Source: Bacteriovoracaceae bacterium (lineage in GTDB: Bacteria; Bdellovibrionota; UBA1018). From it: a stretch of DNA of 64,000 nt. The notes under the pieces are model-generated. The model worked only from the letters and a program-made list of their open reading frames with translations, was not told the DNA's origin and made no database searches. The position numbers and the translations under genes were made by a program. Of this stretch, positions 17,796-27,751 are shown in pieces. The stretch is taken from NCBI GenBank assembly GCA_947447665.1, contig CANFJX010000002.1, positions 209,659 to 273,658 on the forward strand, written 5' to 3'. Within the stretch, counting starts at the first letter, position 1. Every line of letters starts with the position of its first letter.

Positions 17796-18202
17796 ATGTA
17801 CATGATTTAGAGTCTGATGGACTCATCACTGAGATCAATGTCACACCCTTTGTCGATGTAGTATTAGTGCTACTCATCCTCTTCATGCTCGCAGCCCCGG
17901 CAGTCTACCAGTCAGCGCTTAAAGTAAAATTGCCTACTGTCACTTCTGCGAGTAAGGTGAAGCATGTCACACTTCATTTTTTTGTGAGTTCCAAAGGGGA
18001 GATTCAGGTGGATCGCGAGAGGATCCAAGCCCACGCAGTTGAGGCGCTTGTGAAGCGCGCAATTTCAATCGATCCAAACGCTGACGCGATGATCTCAGCA
18101 GATAAAAGCGTCGCCCATGGCAACGTAATTGAGATCATTGACCTGATCAAGACGAGTGGAATTCATGAAGTGGCTTTGGCGGCCACTGAGAGAAAGATTT
18201 AG
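17792..18202 (+). CDS. exbD: ExbD/TolR-family biopolymer transport protein
   Basis: 136 aa. The single TM helix carries the conserved Asp (PFVDVVLVLLILF). ATGA overlap with exbB. Confidence 0.85.
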   Translation: MNVHDLESDGLITEINVTPFVDVVLVLLILFMLAAPAVYQSALKVKLPTVTSASKVKHVTLHFFVSSKGEIQVDRERIQAHAVEALVKRAISIDPNADAMISADKSVAHGNVIEIIDLIKTSGIHEVALAATERKI

Positions 18203-18608
18203 CGGGCGCAACGAACTGATTTTGCATTGGCGTTGTAGTCGCCATGTGTGTAGCCATTATGTCCATTGCTAGCCGCAAAAGAAGTGGAGGACATGAGTGA
18301 AGGTCCCAGGGTCATTTGAGCCAACCATGCAAAAAATAGAACTTTATTAGGAATAAAAAAAAATTTAAATCTACTCATAAATAAATCACTTTTATTACTT
18401 AAATCGTTACTGGGCATCAAGACCACTGGTCAATCAATAGTTGATCACCCATGAGGCGTTAAAGCAATTCAAGTGCCAACTGGAAACAGTGTGACATTGC
18501 TTGAAATTTGAGGGTTTTTGCTTGTGATGTGTTTAGGTAGGGAAAGGGACTTACAGAGATGTCAAAAAGTTAATTGAAAAAAAGGCTCTCCAGCTCTAAT
18601 TCAAATGC

Positions 18609-19094
18609 TTAGAGCTGCTTTCGAGTGACGATCACGATCAGCTGTTCGCCTTGGAGCATGGGACAGGGCAAAACGAGATTCTTGCGAGTCTTACTTCCAG
18701 GGATCACTCGGACCACCTTCGACTCAAATAGACAACCCTCTTGAACAAAGATCTCTGCGTAATTAGCTTCTACTTTCGGCCAGTCACGGTCAAGGTAAGT
18801 CGAAACACGAATCTCAGGCGAGGGCGAAGACATCAAGTAATCGAATGTAGTGTCTTGGACGGCGACAGTGAGATCATCTGGGCTCTGAACCCCTTGCTGG
18901 ACCCGAATTTCAATCGTTTTCATCGCTTGTATATCGGCCATCAGCAGCTCAATGTCAAGCCGGAGGCGTTTTGGGTCTTCTTGGCTCAGACTTTGTTGAG
19001 CTAGGGTTGAGTTCCTATTTGCAGGAATCTCCAGGAGGCCGTAGTATTTTTTTAAGATCGACCTCGCTAGGAAGACTGATCGCCGCCTTGACAC
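18609..19094 (-). CDS. Hypothetical small protein (GTG start on the track; more likely about 110 aa from the internal Met), directly downstream of the 798-aa secreted protein
   Basis: The ORF overlaps the end of the 798-aa gene by 80 bp. No recognisable motif. Confidence 0.3.
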   Translation of the reverse strand: MSRRRSVFLARSILKKYYGLLEIPANRNSTLAQQSLSQEDPKRLRLDIELLMADIQAMKTIEIRVQQGVQSPDDLTVAVQDTTFDYLMSSPSPEIRVSTYLDRDWPKVEANYAEIFVQEGCLFESKVVRVIPGSKTRKNLVLPCPMLQGEQLIVIVTRKQL

Positions 19095-21411
19095 GGAATG
19101 AGCCGATGAGTTCCCGATTGTCCTGACTGATGTATCTCGAGCGATGATCAGTTGAGTCGATCCATTCGATTTTACGTGAAGGACTCATACTTGGCTCTTT
19201 TAGAAAATGGCTCAAGCCCTCATTGTATCGCTTTACCTCCAGGGTCGACGGGTAATCTTTGGTATGGCAAAAACTATCCAGGTAGCATATGCGCGCCAAG
19301 CGGATTAAGTTTTCTTCTTTCGATCGATCCATCTCCGAGAGAGCTACATAGATCAGCTCGGGGAAGGCCCCCTGATCCAACCCTCGCAGCTTTGAGTAAG
19401 GACATTCTGAGAAGAACTGCATTTTTTCTGCCTCGGTTTCGAATGGATGGTCAGCTAACTTGAGGGCGGCCACGAAAGCTTTCCACTTGCCGCGAAAATG
19501 AGGGAATTGAGACGCTTCAGCAAAGTCCATGGACTGGGGGAGTTTTCCGGTAGTTTGAGTCTGCTGGAGGACTAGATCAAGAATTTTTGGCCAATAAGGT
19601 TCAGATTTAACCTTGCTCATAAAGCTAAAAGCCACGGGCCATTGAAGATGACCTTGCATGGCTGTTTTCATCATCTGTTTAAAGAGTTCCTCTCGCACTG
19701 GATTAAATCGCTCGTCCCATTCAACTTCGCTTAAGAGTTCAGGGTCGCTTTGGTAGATGGACTCAAGATCGTTGCTCCGGCTGTAAGGGTGTTGATTTCG
19801 CTGGTTCAAAATGTCATCTAGGCTCACCGAAAGCTCACTACGCATAATTAGATATCTAGCCTTATTCAAGGGAGCGAGATCAGCAGATCCAAAACTACTT
19901 TGACTTCGATCTAAATTTAAAAAGATTCGTGCGGCTAGATGTTGAGCTTCGGTCAAATTTAACTGTCTAAGGACGTCAACTTGGTTCGTCTTCGAGTTGG
20001 GAGAGAGCTCTTCTGCAACTCCGCTTCGTTTTGGATCATCTAAAATTTGCGCAGCAAATAGCGCCCGCTGCAATAAATTCATTTCCGAAAATTTTGGAGA
20101 TGGAAGCTGAATTGGAACCTGTGAAATAGATTTCCAGCCCCGAGTCCGCTGAGGCAGCGTATCCAGTGATTCTAGAGACACCATCACTGCGGCGCTAATG
20201 TCGTTGGGGTTGTAATAGTTATGATATCCCGAGTGATCCTTTGCCTGAAATTTGGAAACAATCGAGAAGCCATTTGGCAATTCGACTTGCATTTTGATTC
20301 CTGATTTTGAAGTCATGGCCTGTCGAATGTCTGGGTGATTCACTAACGAATCATTCGCAAAAAAATTAGGTAAAATTAAATCATTCACGCCTGATTTTTT
20401 TGCAATCAGCTCCATGATTTTTTTAGCGTGATGCTCATGAAGGGCTGGGCCACTGATGGTCAGAATATAAGGCAGTTTCTTTCCGTCGGGCGTGGTCGCA
20501 TCGATGACGACGGTATACCCCTTGATTTTTTCACCTTCCTTAACCCAGTAAGCTTGAACTCCACGACTCAGAACGTAGTGAGGAACTGAGGCAATCGAGC
20601 AGTCACCTCCAAAGATACCTCGAAAGGGGGTAGCGGCAGTCGGGATCTCCTCTAGGGTGAGTGTTTTTGGGAAGAGATGGGCGCCTTCAGTGCTCACCGG
20701 GGTGGTAGCTTTCGCGATCTGCTTTCCGATAAAATCACGTTTCACTTGAACCCATCGCTCACCTAAAACTCCAAGTCCTGGAGTCACCCTCAGCTCGTCC
20801 ACCTGATTTTTAAGGTGTTCTAAATTAGATTGAGAGTAGATTTCGTTCAACTGATCACCCTTGACGGAATCGAGGAAGCTTTCAGGATTCCCTGGGGCTG
20901 CTTTTAAAATGGGATAGGCGCGGAGGTAACTTGAAACTCGTTTCTTAAAGTCCTCCTCTCGCTTTCTTACGTCTTTTTCCGAGCGAGCTGAGTCCTTCCA
21001 ATCTCTGAGAACCTTTTTAAAATCTAATGGGTCGGAACCACTCTTGATTGCAGCACGGAGGACAGCCAGGTCGTGAAAGAGAGAGTCCTGGATAGACTTG
21101 ATCGCCCTTGGGTCGACACGTCCTTCTGAGTCAAAATAACTGATCGAAAGCCTCTCGACGGAGTTAAAGGCCAAAGGCTTGGCCTCGGCCCCTAAAAGGT
21201 GATGAACCTCGTTAAGATTTTCAACGGTGAGCATCAGATTACGCCGATAGTCTAAATGAGTGGCAAAAAGTTTATCACCATAGAGGCGGTCGAGTGATCG
21301 CAAAAACGCTACGCGACTCAGTGCTGTCGATAGGTCAGGTTCGTCATTTCCCCCATAGCAAAGACTGCCATTCATCATCCATAAAATGACTATAACGATT
21401 AGGGAGCGCAT
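19015..21411 (-). CDS. Secreted hypothetical protein, 798 aa
   Basis: Signal peptide MRSLIVIVILWMMNGSLCYG. No confident domain assignment. Confidence 0.6.
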   Translation of the reverse strand: MRSLIVIVILWMMNGSLCYGGNDEPDLSTALSRVAFLRSLDRLYGDKLFATHLDYRRNLMLTVENLNEVHHLLGAEAKPLAFNSVERLSISYFDSEGRVDPRAIKSIQDSLFHDLAVLRAAIKSGSDPLDFKKVLRDWKDSARSEKDVRKREEDFKKRVSSYLRAYPILKAAPGNPESFLDSVKGDQLNEIYSQSNLEHLKNQVDELRVTPGLGVLGERWVQVKRDFIGKQIAKATTPVSTEGAHLFPKTLTLEEIPTAATPFRGIFGGDCSIASVPHYVLSRGVQAYWVKEGEKIKGYTVVIDATTPDGKKLPYILTISGPALHEHHAKKIMELIAKKSGVNDLILPNFFANDSLVNHPDIRQAMTSKSGIKMQVELPNGFSIVSKFQAKDHSGYHNYYNPNDISAAVMVSLESLDTLPQRTRGWKSISQVPIQLPSPKFSEMNLLQRALFAAQILDDPKRSGVAEELSPNSKTNQVDVLRQLNLTEAQHLAARIFLNLDRSQSSFGSADLAPLNKARYLIMRSELSVSLDDILNQRNQHPYSRSNDLESIYQSDPELLSEVEWDERFNPVREELFKQMMKTAMQGHLQWPVAFSFMSKVKSEPYWPKILDLVLQQTQTTGKLPQSMDFAEASQFPHFRGKWKAFVAALKLADHPFETEAEKMQFFSECPYSKLRGLDQGAFPELIYVALSEMDRSKEENLIRLARICYLDSFCHTKDYPSTLEVKRYNEGLSHFLKEPSMSPSRKIEWIDSTDHRSRYISQDNRELIGSFRVKAAISLPSEVDLKKILRPPGDSCK

Positions 21412-21465
21412 GATTAATTATTAAATAAATGGACGCCTCTGGCTAGCTTATAGTGAGTGGCCCAA

Positions 21466-22224
21466 TTATTCCTTGAGCGCCTGGACGTAATCCCGTCGCA
21501 TTTGAGCGATGGTGTCGATTGAAATTTCCTTTGGACAAGCAGCCCGGCACTCGCCGATATTGGTGCAGTTTCCGAAACCCTCTAAGTCCATCTTTTGAAC
21601 CATTCGGAAGACGCGCTTGGATCGCTCAGGATTTCCTTGAGGCAGCAGGCCGAGATGGGAGATCTTCGCTGCTGTAAAAAGGGACGCAGAAGCATTCGGG
21701 CAGGCTGCTACACAAGCGCCACAACCAATGCAGGTCGCGTTGTCCATGGCTTGATCGGCTACTGGCTTAGGAATTAAGTGAGAGTTCGCGTCTGGGTGGG
21801 GACCTGTTTTCGTTGAGACATATCCACCAGCAGCGATAATCCGGTCGAATGCCGAACGATCTACCACCAAATCCCGAATGACCGGGAACGCTTTGGAGCG
21901 CCAAGGCTCGATAATGATCGTGTCTCCATCTCCGAAGTGTCGCATGTAGAGTTGGCAAGTAGTCGTCGCTTGCAGAGGACCGTGAGCTTGTCCATTGATG
22001 ATGACTCCACAAGAGCCACAAATCCCCTCGCGGCAGTCACTATCAAACTCGACCGGCGCTTTGCCGGATTTGATGAGTTGCTCATTGAGTAAGTCGAGCA
22101 TTTCTAAAAAGGAGATATCATCATCAATGTCAGACAACTGGTAAGGCTCAAAGGAACCCTGGGCTTCTGGGTTTTTCTGCCGCCAAATTTCCAAGTTAAG
22201 CTTAAGTTTTGGCATAGTGCTCAC
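21466..22224 (-). CDS. sdhB: Succinate dehydrogenase/fumarate reductase iron-sulfur subunit
   Basis: Cys clusters [22 protein letters not shown] and [12 protein letters not shown]. Confidence 0.9.
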   Translation of the reverse strand: MSTMPKLKLNLEIWRQKNPEAQGSFEPYQLSDIDDDISFLEMLDLLNEQLIKSGKAPVEFDSDCREGICGSCGVIINGQAHGPLQATTTCQLYMRHFGDGDTIIIEPWRSKAFPVIRDLVVDRSAFDRIIAAGGYVSTKTGPHPDANSHLIPKPVADQAMDNATCIGCGACVAACPNASASLFTAAKISHLGLLPQGNPERSKRVFRMVQKMDLEGFGNCTNIGECRAACPKEISIDTIAQMRRDYVQALKE

Positions 22225-22233
22225 CTACTCTTT

Positions 22234-24162
22234 TTATTTATAACTTCTTTGGGAGAGTTTAATGCTCTCGAAATGGAGGTCTTCCTTATTCAGGGTCTCT
22301 GGCTTATTCTGGCCGGTATAACCCCAGGCTGCTACATAGCAAAAATTCTCGTCATCTCGTAATGCCTCACCTTCTGGAGTTTGGCTTTCCTCTCTGAAGT
22401 GTCCACCACAAGACTCGGATCGATTCAAGGCATCGGCAGCCATGAGTTCACCTAACTCAAGAAAATCAGCAACTCTTCCGGCCATTTCCAGGTTTTTATT
22501 GAACTCAGTTGCCTCGCCTGGGATCAAAACCTCATTCCAGAATTCTTCGCGAAGCCCTTGAACCTTTTGAATGACGGTTTTCAGTCCCTTCTCATTCCGG
22601 GCCATGCCGACATGATCCCACATGAGGTGACCCAGTTCGCGGTAGAATTCGAGTACTGTTTTCTTCCCTGTTTTTCCAACGGTGAGAAGCTTTTGAATTT
22701 CAGAGCGGACCGAATTCTCTGCATCGGCAAAAGCAGGATGTTGTGTATCCACTGCAGGCAAAGGGGTCGAAGCAATGTAATGCCCGAGGGTGTAGGGTAT
22801 TACAAAGTAACCATCGCAAAGACCCTGCATGAGGGCGCTCGCACCGAGGCGATTCGCTCCGTGGTCTGAGAAATTAGCCTCGCCTAGGACGTGGAGCCCT
22901 GGGATGTTTGACATCAAATTATAATCCACCCAGAGTCCACCCATCGTGTAATGGATGGCAGGGTAGATCCTCATGGGCGTCTGATAAGGATTCTCATTGG
23001 TAATTTTATCGTAAATCTCAAATAGATTTCCGTACTTTTCCTTAATCGTTTGGAGGCCATCGCGTTGAATCGCATCCTTGAAGTCGAGGTAAACTGCATA
23101 GCCGCTTGTACCCACTCCCCTACCTTCGTCGCAGACCTCTTTGTTATTTCGCGAAGCAACGTCACGTGGCACTAAGTTACCAAAGCTTGGGTACTTTCTT
23201 TCTAAGAAATAATCTCTTGCATCCTCCGAGATTTGGCTCGGAGGCTTTGAAGCGTCTTCTTTTCTTTTAGGCACCCAGACACGACCATCGTTTCTCAAGC
23301 TCTCAGACATGAGAGTGAGCTTGGACTGATGGTCTCCGGAGACCGGAATGCAGGTGGGATGAATTTGAGTAAAGCAAGGATTGGCGAAAAGTGCCCCACG
23401 CTTATGGGCGCGCCAGCTTGCTGTACAGTTGGAGTTAAACGCATTAGTCGAGAGAAAGAAAACTCGTCCATAGCCACCTGTAGCCAAGAGGACGGAGTCG
23501 CCTGCATAGCGTTCCATCGCGCCCGTAGTTAGGTTTCGGCAGATGATTCCTCGGGCCTTGCCGTCTATCATCACGAGATCCAGCATTTCGCGGCGGGAGT
23601 ACATCTCCACTTTGCCCGCATCAACCATTCTCATCAGGGCTTGATAAGCACCTAAGAGGAGCTGTTGGCCGGTCTGCCCTCGAGCATAAAAAGTTCTAGA
23701 AACCTGTGCCCCGCCGAACGAACGATTGGCGAGTTCGCCGCTGTATTCGCGGGCAAACGGGACGCCCTGAGCTGCACATTGGTCGATGATATTGGAACTG
23801 AGCTCAGCGAGGCGATAAACGTTCGCTTCTCGGGACCTGAAATCCCCGCCTTTGATGGTATCGTAGAAAAGCCGATAAACACTATCCCCGTCATTTGGGT
23901 AGTTTTTAGTCGAGTTGATTCCGCCCTGGGCGGCAATGCTATGGGCTCTTCGAGGAGAATCTTGAATGCAGAAGCATTTTACGTTGTATCCAAGCTCAGC
24001 GAGCGAGGCTGCTGCTGAGGCACCTGCGAGTCCGCTTCCTACCACTAAAACCGTGTGTTTTCGCTTATTCGCCGGGTTGACGAGCTTAATCGAGCCTTTG
24101 TGATTGCTCCATTTTTCCGATAAGTCACCTGAAGGAATTTTTGAATCTAGGTTCATACTCAC
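22234..24162 (-). CDS. sdhA: Succinate dehydrogenase/fumarate reductase flavoprotein subunit
   Basis: N-terminal FAD-binding motif [19 protein letters not shown]. The His for covalent FAD lies in the SIAAQGGIN context. 642 aa. Confidence 0.95.
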   Translation of the reverse strand: MSMNLDSKIPSGDLSEKWSNHKGSIKLVNPANKRKHTVLVVGSGLAGASAAASLAELGYNVKCFCIQDSPRRAHSIAAQGGINSTKNYPNDGDSVYRLFYDTIKGGDFRSREANVYRLAELSSNIIDQCAAQGVPFAREYSGELANRSFGGAQVSRTFYARGQTGQQLLLGAYQALMRMVDAGKVEMYSRREMLDLVMIDGKARGIICRNLTTGAMERYAGDSVLLATGGYGRVFFLSTNAFNSNCTASWRAHKRGALFANPCFTQIHPTCIPVSGDHQSKLTLMSESLRNDGRVWVPKRKEDASKPPSQISEDARDYFLERKYPSFGNLVPRDVASRNNKEVCDEGRGVGTSGYAVYLDFKDAIQRDGLQTIKEKYGNLFEIYDKITNENPYQTPMRIYPAIHYTMGGLWVDYNLMSNIPGLHVLGEANFSDHGANRLGASALMQGLCDGYFVIPYTLGHYIASTPLPAVDTQHPAFADAENSVRSEIQKLLTVGKTGKKTVLEFYRELGHLMWDHVGMARNEKGLKTVIQKVQGLREEFWNEVLIPGEATEFNKNLEMAGRVADFLELGELMAADALNRSESCGGHFREESQTPEGEALRDDENFCYVAAWGYTGQNKPETLNKEDLHFESIKLSQRSYK

Positions 24163-24170
24163 GATTTCCT

Positions 24171-24866
24171 TTAAATTGAAGCTCCGAAATAAATCCAGGC
24201 CGGGATAATCAGGAATCCTACGCCGAGCAAGACGCCAAGAATTGCGCCTAGCAATCTGAGCGGCGTGGTCGTCCGACTTCGAGTCATACCAAGAGATTGA
24301 AGAGCGCTCCAGATCCCATGTCTTAGATGCAGTCCGAGAAGTATCATCACAACGCTATAAAAAAGAAACATCACAGGATTTTTCAAGGTCTCAACAACTA
24401 GGCGGTAGAGGTCTCGAATCTGCTCCTGACCCTGGGTTGCAATATAGCCCTGACTCATTCCTGGGCCGAAGCGAAACTGCCAAATATGGATGCCCAAGAA
24501 CAATAGAATGAGTGAGCCAGAAACCGCCATATTTCTGGAGGAAAGATTGCTCGGCGTGTCGCCCCCTTTGGATCGCCACTGGCGGTAGGCAACTGGGCGG
24601 GCATCGAGATTTCGTTTTTTTGTCGTGAGTACGGTGACAATATGAATCAAGAATATTGCGAGAAGTCCTATTTCAGCAACCGCCAGGAGGGGACCAAAAC
24701 TCTCGAGCTTGGCAGCATAGGCGTTGAACGCTGCTCCGTCCGACCGTAGAAGGGTCAAATTGCCAAGAAGGTGAACCACGACAAATCCTACTAGGCCGAG
24801 TCCGGACAAGGCGATGAGGAGCTTCTTAAAAACAGTAGTAAAACTTTTAACTTGCGGGTAGCTCAT
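24171..24866 (-). CDS. sdhC: Succinate dehydrogenase cytochrome b membrane anchor (single-subunit, 5-TM type)
   Basis: 231 aa polytopic membrane protein directly upstream of sdhA. Confidence 0.75.
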   Translation of the reverse strand: MSYPQVKSFTTVFKKLLIALSGLGLVGFVVVHLLGNLTLLRSDGAAFNAYAAKLESFGPLLAVAEIGLLAIFLIHIVTVLTTKKRNLDARPVAYRQWRSKGGDTPSNLSSRNMAVSGSLILLFLGIHIWQFRFGPGMSQGYIATQGQEQIRDLYRLVVETLKNPVMFLFYSVVMILLGLHLRHGIWSALQSLGMTRSRTTTPLRLLGAILGVLLGVGFLIIPAWIYFGASI

Positions 24867-25044
24867 GATTCAAGCTTCAACCTTTCTCGCATTTTTATTC
24901 TGGAAAGCTATTTATAGTGAAATAGATCAGCATTTCAAGAAAATGTTTTTTATTCTGGGCGGTCCTGGGAACAACCTCAGTGCAAAATGACCGGTCTCTA
25001 CGAAGCCTACCCTGCAAGTATGGTTGATTTGAGGGAGAAATGCA

Positions 25045-25080
25045 TTTTAAAAAGGCGAAAAAGTCGGAAGGATTCCGAGC
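25045..25080 (-). terminator. Rho-independent terminator downstream of the small Cys/His-rich gene
   Basis: Minus-strand RNA contains UCGGAA-UCC-UUCCGA, a perfect 6-bp stem with a 3-nt loop (plus-strand coordinates 25064-25078). It is followed by CUUUUUCGCCUUUUU. Confidence 0.5.
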
Positions 25081-25152
25081 TTTTCTTGGGTTCTTTTTCC
25101 GTCTTCTGATTGTCGAATTTTTGACGGGCCTTCAGTAGCTCCAGAGCCTGCT

Positions 25153-25530
25153 TTAATGGTGTCCGCCATGCCCTCCATGTTCGCCGTGCCCATGGTCGTG
25201 GTCGTGGCCTCCGTGTCCATAACCCCAACCATATCCCCCACCGTACTCGTAACTGTAATAGCAATCGCACAGGTTGCAGCAATAGCCACTCAGGTCGCAC
25301 GAGTAGTAACCACAACTATAGACAGTGTAACTCAGATGAGTGACTCCGTCTTCGCCGTCCTCCATAAAGTCGAGAACGTCCGGTTCTAGATATCCCTGAG
25401 TCTCTGCCGCCTGGGTCGCGTTCAAGTCAAGAGTCTCCTCTCCTTTTTTGAAGGAGTCAGCCATGATTGGCGTGCTCATTAAGTTCAGTCCAAACAAAGC
25501 AGCTGAAAAAATCATTAAATTGTTTTTCAT
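25153..25530 (-). CDS. Small secreted Cys/Tyr/Gly-rich protein with a His/Gly-rich C-terminal tail (125 aa), putative metal-binding
   Basis: Internal start MKNNLMIFSAALFGLNLMSTPIMA is a signal peptide with GGGAG 7 nt upstream. The mature part includes YSCGYYSCDLSGYCCNLCDCYYSYEYGGGYGWGYGHGGHDHDHGHGEHGGHGGHH. The 5' extension on the ORF track (to 25647) lacks an RBS and overlaps the EamA gene. Confidence 0.6.
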   Translation of the reverse strand: MKNNLMIFSAALFGLNLMSTPIMADSFKKGEETLDLNATQAAETQGYLEPDVLDFMEDGEDGVTHLSYTVYSCGYYSCDLSGYCCNLCDCYYSYEYGGGYGWGYGHGGHDHDHGHGEHGGHGGHH

Positions 25531-25583
25531 TTTAATCACTCCCAAAATAAACCGCTGCTTAGGGTGTACCAACAAACGATCAG

Positions 25584-26429
25584 CTACACTCGGTCTGCAA
25601 GGCAGGTCCCCGCCGAGGCAGATATAATGAGTAAGATCGCCAGACATTGAGTGAAAGAAAGACTCTCGTGCAAAAAAATAAATCCTGAAAGGGCGGCTAA
25701 GACGGGTTCTAAACTCATTAAGATGCTAAAGGTCTTGTGGGGTAACTTCTTGAGCGCGACCATTTCTAAGGAGTAAGGTAGAGCGCTCGAAAGGAGGGCT
25801 ACCCCAAGTCCCCACGGGAGCAACTCGGGCCGGAAAAGCTGAGCTCCTTGTTGAACTATGCCAAAAGGTAGAACGACTAGAGCAGCGACGAGCATACCTG
25901 CAGCGGTTGCCTGGCCGCTGTGGACGTCAGTTCCGATTCGCTTTCCAAAAACAATATAGAGCGCCCAGCAGACACCCGCACCGAGAGCAAAACCAACTCC
26001 TGATAGTGAAATATTCTGGGTGGCGGTTGCCTGAAGTGGGAGAATCAAAAGAATCCCGCAGGCTGCCAAAATAGACCATAGAAAGTCGAGTCCGCGCCTA
26101 GATGCCACCACAGCCACTACCAAAGGACCTGTAAACTCTAAGGCTACGGCGATCCCGAGTGGAACACGCTCTAGGGATAAGTAAAAGAGGAGATTCATCC
26201 ACCCTAGGGAGGCTCCATAAAAGCCGATCATGAGTAGCTCATGCCTCTTCCACTTTCGCCTCCAGGGCCGCCAGAGAACTAAAAGAATTAAGCTCGCAAA
26301 AGCTAATCGAAGGGAAGTTGCCCCTAGGGGTCCAATCTTAGGAAATAGATGCTTAGCAAAAGAGGCTCCGGTCTGGATCGATACCATTGCCAAAACTAAA
26401 CTCAACGAAGGGTGGCTAAAATTAAGCAC
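25584..26429 (-). CDS. EamA/DMT-superfamily transporter
   Basis: 281 aa with 10 predicted TM segments and a duplicated EamA-like architecture. Confidence 0.8.
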   Translation of the reverse strand: MLNFSHPSLSLVLAMVSIQTGASFAKHLFPKIGPLGATSLRLAFASLILLVLWRPWRRKWKRHELLMIGFYGASLGWMNLLFYLSLERVPLGIAVALEFTGPLVVAVVASRRGLDFLWSILAACGILLILPLQATATQNISLSGVGFALGAGVCWALYIVFGKRIGTDVHSGQATAAGMLVAALVVLPFGIVQQGAQLFRPELLPWGLGVALLSSALPYSLEMVALKKLPHKTFSILMSLEPVLAALSGFIFLHESLSFTQCLAILLIISASAGTCLADRV

Positions 26430-27744
26430 TCCTCGTGCTTAGCATAGTCTCCTGATTTTCTCCGAAAATCTGCCTCAGATCAGGCGTCAGAAAAACGGAG
26501 TGGGGATCCATTTCTTTTCTGAGCCTCTGAAATTCTTCCCACTTTGGGTAAATCGACCGCAACTCTCCTGCCCCTAGAGAATGCAATTTTCCCCAGTGCG
26601 GACGTCCCTCGTATTTTCTAAAGATTTTTTCCATCGCATCAAAATAAGCCCGATGAGGCATTCCTTGATACATGTGCACCGCGATGAGCGCTGAGTCTCT
26701 GCCATAAGCTGGGCTCAACCAAATTGAGTCCCGTTTGACAAATCGACACTCAATGGGGAAGTGGACGCGATGATGACTTTTTTTGATCTCGGTCTGAATT
26801 TCTTGGACTACTTCTGGGAAGCTCTCGATCGGTACTGCGTACTCCATTTCTAAGAACTTTACCCATCTCTCTGTGGCAAAAACGCGGTGACTCCAATCCC
26901 TTCGATGACTCTCGCCCGCAGCTGCGGCGCAAAACTGGCTCACTTTTGGAGTAATCGGGGGGATCCACCGACAAATTCCGCTCAGAGCACCGAGTGCCAT
27001 ATTCTCCAGAACGATGTCATTGAATTTCTGGCCCAAGCTCGGGCTTAATGGGGATTCTTGGCTGATGTGGGAGCGTTTAACTAGAGCTGTCTCGGTGTGG
27101 GGGAACCAGAAGAACTCAAAATTTCTCTCGTCTTGAAGTTCTCGGCGAAAGTTGCTCATCAACGATCCCAGTGACTCTTTGGTTTGCCGCATTTCTAGGA
27201 TGTATTTTGGCTTTAATTTAAGCTGAATTTTGGTGATGACTCCCAAAGCGCCGAGAGATACACGAGCCGCGTCGAGGAGATCTGCGTTTTTTTTCTCATG
27301 AATCTCAACTTTTTGACCGAGCCCGTTCCAAAGCTCCATCCCCACGACTTGCGTCGAGAGACTGCCTAAATCAATTCCAGTCCCATGGGTTCCAGTACTG
27401 ACAGCTCCGGCAATCGATTGGACGTCGATATCCCCCAAATTCTCCATAGCATACCCTAGATCATGGAGTTGGGTACCTAGGGCTCGAATCGGTGTACCTC
27501 CCCAAACCCAGCCTTCGAGTCGACCTGGGTCGATCGCGACCACGCCCTGAAGGCCGCTCAAGCTCATTGAAATTCCAGGGGTAGCTACCAAAGGATAAAA
27601 TGAATGGCCACTGCCTATCACTCGAAGGGGCAGCTTTTCGCGAACTGCCCGGTGGATCACCGCTTCGACCTGTTTCTCCGACTCGATGGTTTCAGTCGCA
27701 GCCGGGGTAAAACTAACATTGCCTGCCCAATTGGTTTTGTTCAT
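26422..27744 (-). CDS. FAD-linked oxidase of the D-arabinono-1,4-lactone / L-gulonolactone oxidase family
   Basis: N-terminal FAD-binding PCMH region (RVIGSGHSF...GTHGTG) and a C-terminal ALO-like domain. 440 aa. Confidence 0.75.
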   Translation of the reverse strand: MNKTNWAGNVSFTPAATETIESEKQVEAVIHRAVREKLPLRVIGSGHSFYPLVATPGISMSLSGLQGVVAIDPGRLEGWVWGGTPIRALGTQLHDLGYAMENLGDIDVQSIAGAVSTGTHGTGIDLGSLSTQVVGMELWNGLGQKVEIHEKKNADLLDAARVSLGALGVITKIQLKLKPKYILEMRQTKESLGSLMSNFRRELQDERNFEFFWFPHTETALVKRSHISQESPLSPSLGQKFNDIVLENMALGALSGICRWIPPITPKVSQFCAAAAGESHRRDWSHRVFATERWVKFLEMEYAVPIESFPEVVQEIQTEIKKSHHRVHFPIECRFVKRDSIWLSPAYGRDSALIAVHMYQGMPHRAYFDAMEKIFRKYEGRPHWGKLHSLGAGELRSIYPKWEEFQRLRKEMDPHSVFLTPDLRQIFGENQETMLSTRSA

Positions 27745-27751
27745 TCAATCC

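Noticed and set aside
18609-19094. 161-aa ORF considered as a PilZ-domain protein
   Set aside because: No clear RxxxR or (D/N)xSxxG motifs. It is kept only as a low-confidence hypothetical CDS.
21595-24018. Numerous ORFs of 60-117 aa on both strands inside sdhA, sdhB and sdhC
   Set aside because: They overlap well-supported conserved genes in other frames and are typical shadow ORFs.
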